Below are positions 56,447-64,000 of a DNA stretch of 64,000 bases, piece by piece. Within the stretch, counting starts at the first letter, position 1, and each line of letters begins with the position of its first letter. Below the pieces are notes generated by a model, which did not search any database, had not been told where the DNA came from, and saw nothing but the letters and a program-made list of their open reading frames with translations. The stretch comes from Octopus vulgaris. Its lineage: Eukaryota. The stretch spans positions 68,324,001-68,388,000 of the forward strand of contig OX597830.1 of assembly GCA_951406725.2 (NCBI GenBank), written 5' to 3'. Position numbers and translations under genes: made by a program.

Positions 56447-58719
56447 GTGCATTAAGTGGTCGATCGGTTCAGCTGAAAATATGCACACCTATGAACCCCT
56501 TCGTTACTATATTTCTGACCAAAATACACCCCTTATGTGTTTCAATTAATTTCTAACGTAATCATAAATTCAGTTTGGTTTCATTAAACAACTATAACAT
56601 TTTTATTTATCAATATTTTAATGTTATTTTTGGAAGGTAAGTTAATGAAATGTTCTCAACGAATTCTATACTAAAATTTTTGTCATAAATTGACTCTAAT
56701 TGCAGGTAGATACAGGTAAATTCAACAAAATATATAATTATTAAAATTTTGTTCAAACATCGCTATAGAAAATGGGTTATTAGCTAATTTTCAATTGGGT
56801 ATACAACACAATTTTACGATAGAATTTGTTATTCTGGGTAACTTTCTGATACCCATAATAATATTTATGGCAAAATAGTCTTAATTTCATTTAAGGTTTT
56901 GGGAAACCACTAACTATCCTTTCTTTCGCTTTGTTTACATTTAGCGTAACGGTTCGTTTCCGCCATAATGATGTCAAATAGGCTCATTCGAAAAAGTAAA
57001 AAGAAATAGTCTAAGGCTTTACTCTCCTGGGAAAGTCTGTGGCTCGGTCCAGTTTTCTCAGAGAAATCACCGAAAGAAACAGATTTTCAATTTTCACTCC
57101 ATTCAGGTGCCAATTCATTTTCTTTATCGCTGTCGGAGCTCTCAGATTCACTGTTTTCACTTTCGGAAAATGAAACATCAGATTCATTATTAAATACCAC
57201 GAGCGGTGTTTTTTCAGTCATAGAGTTAGATTTATCAAGGTCTTCAGTAGAAAATCCGTCGAATTCTGACTCGCTGCTTGATATGATGAAATTCGTATCC
57301 ATTTTTTGTCAGAATTACAAATTTTGAAAACACAATAGGAACACATTTCGGAAAGAACCCCCGAAAATTCACGGAATTAAAATTACACTTCGATCGTTGT
57401 ACAAAACTGTAGATGAACTGTTTACGAAGTATAATCACGTGTTTTCACGAATGTAATAAAGAGATTTGCTCTGATATTCTCATTTAAATATAAATAGGAA
57501 AATACGGGCGGGTTTTGGCGTGTGGTCACATTAACCAAAATTTTTTTCGGGCGGCTTTGGGCGGTTTGGTAACGAAAGGGTTAAAAGAGCTGGCAAGTTT
57601 GCATGACAACTATTTTTTCCTCAAATGAAAGACGTGACCTCTGGGACAAAATTCCTCACCTTATAAAATGTGGCCCTAGTAGACCCGAATGAAATCGGGT
57701 TATATTAACCAAAATGTGAAAAGGGGTATAAATGGGGCTGGAAGGGGATTAAAATTTAAAGGAGCGAGTATTTAGGAATTCTCTGTTACATCAAGCTAAA
57801 AAATTTGCGCCAGCCCTTTAATCTTCAAAGTGTTGCCGTCCATGATGAAGAGGTTTTGAATGCTTGCCATGGTGAGTCTACTGTCGTGAGAAAGAATCAC
57901 TTCAAATGTTGGTGTTTACGAATTTTCTTTTACATCTAGTTGAAAATTTTACGCCAGCCGTTAAACTGTCAATACGTTACTTTCCGTCATTAAGAAATGC
58001 CAGCCATGGTGACTCTAATATACTCAGATTCTATCCCTTCAAACTTTGCTTTCCAATATTTTATTATTTTTATTCAGCTCGCAAGTTCGTCTGTCCCCTT
58101 TAAATGTTAGAGTTTTGCCGTCTGCCTTGAAGCAGACCTTTCCGTTGCCACTGCCTGATATTTATGATTGATCTTTCTAAATATTTTATTTCTCAACTTA
58201 CTCAAGATCTTTTGTTGTTTATAAATGGGAGAGAGATAGATAAAAATAGAGAGTAAGAGAAAGCGAGGGAGAATCCGAGAGATAAGAAAAGTGAGAGAGT
58301 GGGAAAGTGAGAGAGAAAGGAGAGATAAACAAAGAGGGAGAATCATCATCATCATCATGGTTTAACGTCCGTTTTCCGTGCTAGCACGGGTTGGATAGTT
58401 TGACCGGGGTCTGGGAATCCAGGAGGCTGCACCAGGCTCTAGTCTGATCTGGCAGTGTTTCTACAGGTGGATGAACTTCCTAACGCCAGCGACTCTGTGA
58501 GTGTAGAGGGCGCTTTTTCGTGCCTCCGGCACAGGTGCCAAGCGGCCTCGCAGTGCCAACGATAGCTTGGTGCTTTTTACGTGCAACTGGCACAGAATCC
58601 AGTCAAGGCGGCGCTGCAATCGGCCAGGTTCGTATGGTGCTTTTTATGTGCTGAAAGGAAGCAACAGAAAGTAACAACCACACTTTTACCCGCGCGTAAG
58701 GCGGGTCACCTTCAGCTAG
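56280..58719 (+). mobile_element. 5'-deleted Helitron-like copy with piggyBac 56496-57580
   Basis: Module order and CTAG end at 58716-58719. Confidence 0.78.
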
Positions 58720-58876
58720 TATATACACATATATATATATATATTAATAAAAAGAATTCCAACCTTGTCTGATTTTCACGTTTTATTTACAATCTTATAA
58801 TGATATATTATAAGATAATATATTATAATTGAATAAAATAAAATGAAATAGTAGAATGTTAAATATTCATTCTGAT

Positions 58877-58921
58877 TGAACTAGTACTTTCATGCATTGA
58901 ATTCTGCAATCTTCGGGTTCA
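58877..58921 (-). ncRNA. Minimal type I hammerhead ribozyme (left arm)
   Basis: Exact reverse complement of 60836-60880. Confidence 0.78.
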
Positions 58922-59414
58922 TGTAGTAGTGTTGACAGTCATGCTTCACAATTTTTGACTGTAGCAAGATGATTGATTCTGTGCTATAAATACAGCTGGG
59001 TAGGCTCCAGAGTGCTAGTTTTGCAAACTGTATTCTGACCAATCAGTGTGTAGTATCACTCAATTACTTAAGCTGATTGGTTGGTTCAGCTGATTGGTTT
59101 AGGCATCACGCTTTGTTGGACATGTCAAGAGTCCTGTATCTTGACCCTGGCCGAAGCAGCAATTGTTGGGTTATTTTTAGAAATGTTGTAAATATCCTTT
59201 GTCAGAGATTGTTATATTTTTATATTTCAATTGTCATCATCATCATTGTCAGCACCTTAATTATTGTTGCTAGTGGTGATGGTGGTGGCAATAGAACTTT
59301 TAACCCTAAATAAGATAATTTTCCTGCTATCTTCGTCTTGATCACCTTTAGTATTGTTGTTGTTGTTAGTGGTCATGGTCGTAGCAGTGGAAGTAATACC
59401 TCTAAGTATTATTA

Positions 59415-59965
59415 TTATTGCTTATTTAGCTTGGGTTCGAATTTATCAATAAAATTCTTTTCTCTGATTTTCCTCTCGATTTCACTTGGGCTGTGTAATT
59501 TGTAGAATGGAAATATTATATATATTTTCCGACCACATGTTGCTAGGTGGTTACTCAAAGGTATCTGACGGACCTCTGGGTCTCTAATCTGTTGCCGGTG
59601 TACACGTGAGCGTTCTAATAGTGCGTTTCCCGTCTGACCTACATATATTTCTTCACAATTTGGGCATTTGATGCAGTAAATTAAATTTCTGCTTTTGCAG
59701 TTCATATTCGCGTTTGTGAATATTTTCCCGGTTTTTGTGTTTATATATTGACCGGTATGTATGAATTGGCATGTGCCACATCGGCTATCATTGCATTTAG
59801 ATACCGTGAATGTTTGGTCTTTGCTGCTGAGGTCAAATTTTGCCTTTCTTAGTAATGTTTTCAAGTTTTTAGGCTGTCTTTTACTAAGCACCATAGCTCG
59901 ATCCGTGATTATGTCTTTTAATTCATTACTTTGGGCAATGATTAGTAGGTTTGCTTTGGCAATGT
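59415..59965 (-). pseudogene. PLE Cys-rich linker plus GIY-YIG endonuclease (5'-truncated, frame open)
   Basis: KRQPKNLKTLL...KCNDSRCGTC...NCKSRNLIYCIKCPNCEEIYVGQTG...R...H...H...E...FEPKLN; the Cys-rich linker suggests the Neptune group. Confidence 0.88.
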
Positions 59966-60341
59966 TGATAGCCGATGTGGCACATGCCAATTCATACATA
60001 CCGGTCAATATATAAACACAAAAACCGGGAAAATATTCACAAACGCGAATATGAACTGCAAAAGCAGAAATTTAATTTACTGCATCAAATGCCCAAATTG
60101 TGAAGAAATATATGTAGGTCAGACGGGAAACGCACTATTAGATCGCTCACGTGTACACCGGCAACAGATTAGAGACCCAGAGGTCCGTCAGATACCTTTG
60201 AGTAACCACCTAGCAACATGTGGTCGGAAAATATATATAATATTTCCATTCTACAAATTACACAGCCCAAGTGAAATCGAGAGGAAAATCAGAGAAAAGA
60301 ATTTTATTGATAAATTCGAACCCAAGCTAAATAAGCAATAA
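59966..60341 (+). pseudogene. Mirror copy of the PLE GIY-YIG endonuclease
   Basis: ORF 60051..60341 is identical to the minus copy except E/D at LL(E/D)RSR. Confidence 0.88.
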
Positions 60342-60835
60342 TAATAATACTTAGAGGTATTACTTCCACTGCTACGACCATGACCACTAACAACAACAAC
60401 AATACTAAAGGTGATCAAGACGAAGATAGCAGGAAAATTATCTTATTTAGGGTTAAAAGTTCTATTGCCACCACCATCACCACTAGCAACAATAATTAAG
60501 GTGCTGACAATGATGATGATGACAATTGAAATATAAAAATATAACAATCTCTGACAAAGGATATTTACAACATTTCTAAAAATAACCCAACAATTGCTGC
60601 TTCGGCCAGGGTCAAGATACAGGACTCTTGACATGTCCAACAAAGCGTGATGCCTAAACCAATCAGCTCAACCAACCAATCAGCTTAAGTAATTGAGTGA
60701 TACTACACACTGATTGGTCAGAATACAGTTTGCAAAACCTAGCACTCTGGAGCCTACCCAGCTGTATTTATAGCACAGAATCAATCATCTTGCTACAGTC
60801 AAAAATTGTGAAGCATGACTGTCAACACTACTACA

Positions 60836-60880
60836 TGAACCCGAAGATTGCAGAATTCAATGCATGAAAGTACTAGTTCA
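60836..60880 (+). ncRNA. Minimal type I hammerhead ribozyme (right arm), U4C core variant
   Basis: TGAAC-CCGAAGA-tTGCA-gaattcaa-TGCAt-GAA-AGTACT-A-GTTCA; palindromic AGTACT stem III, CUA triplet. Confidence 0.78.
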
Positions 60881-61044
60881 ATCAGAATGAATATTTAACA
60901 TTCTACTATTTCATTTTATTTTATTCAATTATAATATATTATCTTATAATATATCATTATAAGATTGTAAATAAAACGTGAAAATCAGACAAGGTTGGAA
61001 TACTTTTTATTAATATATTCTTCTATACACAATAACACACACCC

Positions 61045-61116
<72 letters not shown>

Positions 61117-61299
61117 TCAGGGTGGAAAAGATAGATATATACAAATATACACATATACCCAAATCGAAGGTAACTTAGGCAGCCAAAGACAATCGCACAC
61201 AAAATAAAGTGTATACATATATATGCATGTATGTATGCATGCATGTGTGCTTGTAGGTAGGTATTTATGTATGTATGAATGCATGTAATATGTACGTAT

Positions 61300-61409
61300 C
61301 TATTTTTATTATTTTCTTTTTTTGTTTTTTTGCCTATTGGTGGTTTTATTTCTAATTTAATTTATACATATATATAATATAATATAATATAATTTGTAAA
61401 TATAATGTG

Positions 61410-61488
<79 letters not shown>

Positions 61489-63770
61489 GTGTGCTTTATG
61501 TGGTCCGTCGGTTCAGCTGAAAATATGCACACCTAAGAAACCCTTCGTTACTATATTTCTGACCAAAATACACCCCTTATGTGTTTCAATTAATTTCTAA
61601 CGTAATCATAAATTCAGTTTGGTTTCATTAAACAACTATAACATTTTTATTTATCAATATTTTAATGAGATTTTTGGAAGATAGTTTAATGAAATGTTCT
61701 CAACCAATTCTATACTAAAATTTTTGTCACAAAGTGACTCTAATTGCAGGTAGATACAGGTAAATTCAACAAAATATATAAATTATTAAAATTTTGTTCA
61801 AACATCGCTATATAAAATGGGTTATTAGCTAATATTCAATTGGGTATACAAGAAAATTTTACGATAGAATTTGTTATTCTGGGTAACTGTCTGATGCCCA
61901 TAATAATATTTATGGCAAAATAGTCTTAATTTCATTTAAGGTTGTGGGAAACCACTATCTATCCTTTCTTTCGCTTTGTTTACATTTAGCGTAACGGTTC
62001 GTTTCCGCCGTAATGATGTCAAATAGGCTCATTCGAAAAAGTAAAAAGAAATAGTCTAAGGCTTTACTCTCCTGGGAAAGTCTGTGGCTCGGTCCAGTTT
62101 CCTCAGAGAAATCACCGAAAGAAACAGTTTTTCAATTTTCACTCCATTCAGGTGCCAATTCATTTTCTTTATCGCTGTCGGAGCTCTCGGATTCACTGTT
62201 TTCACTTTTGGAAAATGGAACATCAGATTCCTTATCAAATACCATGTGCTGTTTTTTTTCAGTCATAGAGTTAGATTTATCAAGGTCTTCAGTAGAAGAT
62301 ACTTCGAATTCTGACTCGCCGCTTGATATGATGAAACTCGTATCCTTTTTTTGTCAGAATTACCAATTTTGACAAAACACAATAGGAACAAATTTCGGAA
62401 AAAAGTCTCCCAAAATTCACGGAATTAAAATGACACTTCGATCGTTGTATAAAACTGTAGATGAACTGTTTACGAAGTATAATCACGTGTTTTCACGAAT
62501 GTAATAAAGAGATTTGCGCTGATATTCTCTTTTAAATATAAATAGGTAAATACGGGTGGGTTTTGGCGGTTTGGTCAGAATTAACCAAAATTTTTTTCGG
62601 GCGGCTTTGGGCGTTTGGTAACGAAAGCGTTAAAAGTGCTGGCAAGTTTGCATGACAACTATTTTATCCTCAAATGAAAGGCGTGACCTCTAGAAACACA
62701 ATTCCTCATCTTATAAAATGTGGCCCTAGTAGACCCGAATGAAATCGGGTTATATTAACCAAAATGTGAAAAGGGGTATAAATGGGGCTGGAAGGGGATT
62801 AAAATTTAAAGGAGCGAGTATTTAGGAATTCTCTGTTACATCAAGCTAAAAAATTTGCGACAGCCCTTTAATCTTCAAAGTGTTGCCGTCCATGATGAAG
62901 AGGTTTTGAATGCTTGCCATGGTGAGTCTACTGTCGTGAGAAAGATTCACTTCAAATGTTGGTGTTTACGAATTTTCTTTTACATCAAGTTGAAAATTTT
63001 ACGCCAGCCGTTAAACTGTCAATACGTTGCTTTCCGTCGTTAAGAAATGCCAGCGATGGTGACTCTAATATACTCAGATTCTATCCCTTCAAACTTTGCT
63101 TTCCAATATTTTATTATGTTTATTCAGCTCGCAAGTTCATCTGTCCCCTTTAAATGTTAGAGTTTTGCTGTCTGCCTCGAAGCAGACATTTCCGTTGCCA
63201 CTGCCTGATATTTATGATTGATCTTTCTAAATATTTTATTTCTCAACTTACTCAAGATCTTTTGTTGTTTATAAATGGGAGAGAGATAGATAAAAATAGA
63301 GAGTAAGAGAAAGCGAAGGAGAGTCCAAGAGAAAATAAAAGTGAGAGAATGAGAAAGTGAGAGAGAAAGCAGAGAGAAAAAAAGATGGAGAATCCTCATC
63401 CTCATCATTGTTTAACGTCCGTTTTCCGTGCTAGCACGGGTTGGACAGTTTGACGTGGGTCTGGGAATCCAGGAGGCTGCACCAGGCTCCAGTCTTATCT
63501 GGCAGTGTTTCTGCAGGTGGATGACCTTCCTAACGCCAATCACTCTGTGAGTGAAGTGGGTGCCCTTTTCGTGCCTCCGGCACAGGTGCCAAGGGGGCTC
63601 GCAGCGGCAACGATCAGTTGGTGCTTTTTACGTGTCACTAGCACAGAAGCCAGTCAAGGCGGCGCTGCAATCGGCCACGTTCGGATGGTGCTTTTTACGT
63701 GCTGAAAGGAAGCAACAGAAAGTAACAACCACACTCTTACCCGCGCGTAGTGCGTGTCAGCTTCAGCTAG
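61300..63770 (+). mobile_element. 5'-deleted Helitron-like copy with piggyBac 61541-62629
   Basis: Module order as in 56280-58719; CTAG at 63767-63770. Confidence 0.78.
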
Positions 63771-63776
63771 TTATAT

Positions 63777-63826
<50 letters not shown>

Positions 63827-64000
63827 TGTTTCAGGGAGAAAAATATAGATCTATACAAATATACACATATACCCAAATCGAATGTCGCTTAGACAACCAA
63901 AGACGAGCACACACAAAATAAAGTGTATACATATATATGCATGTATGTATGCATGCATGTGTGCATGTAGGTAGGTATGCATGTATGTTTGTATGTATGC

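Larger units (their letters stand above)
58741..61044. mobile_element. Young Penelope-like element as a head-to-head inverted repeat (arms 58741-59790 and 59966-61016, spacer 175 bp, extra tail to ~61044)
   Basis: Two near-identical GIY-YIG ORFs on opposite strands; the arms are reverse complements with only about four differences that I could see. Confidence 0.93.

Noticed and set aside
59966-60008. N-terminus (MTGMYELACATSAIN) of ORF 59415..60008 as a real start
   Set aside because: It is antisense sequence of the right arm across the inversion junction.

Overview
Eukaryotic, AT-rich, microsatellite-dense DNA made almost entirely of transposable elements; no host protein-coding gene is visible. 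The SINEs resemble those I recall from Octopus genomes (inference). The first ~20 kb is a nest of decayed elements: two rearranged RTE-clade LINEs, three R4/Dong-like fragments, a degenerate Helitron Rep-helicase with an intact 3' hairpin-CTAG end, a Penelope-like element (PLE) and TIR/MITE-like pieces. From ~20.4 kb to the window end is a ~43-kb rearranged tandem array of a ~3-kb non-autonomous Helitron-like element, which carries a piggyBac deletion derivative and a SINE piece, plus its flanks. The array has eight hairpin-CTAG ends, one direct tail-to-head junction and two inverted blocks. A very young ~2.3-kb palindromic PLE has inserted into one unit. Six minimal hammerhead-ribozyme motifs from about five unrelated PLE-type ends are present, five with non-canonical cores (U4C and/or compensatory U3-A8). 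Coordinates were read by eye; boundaries in microsatellites are approximate.
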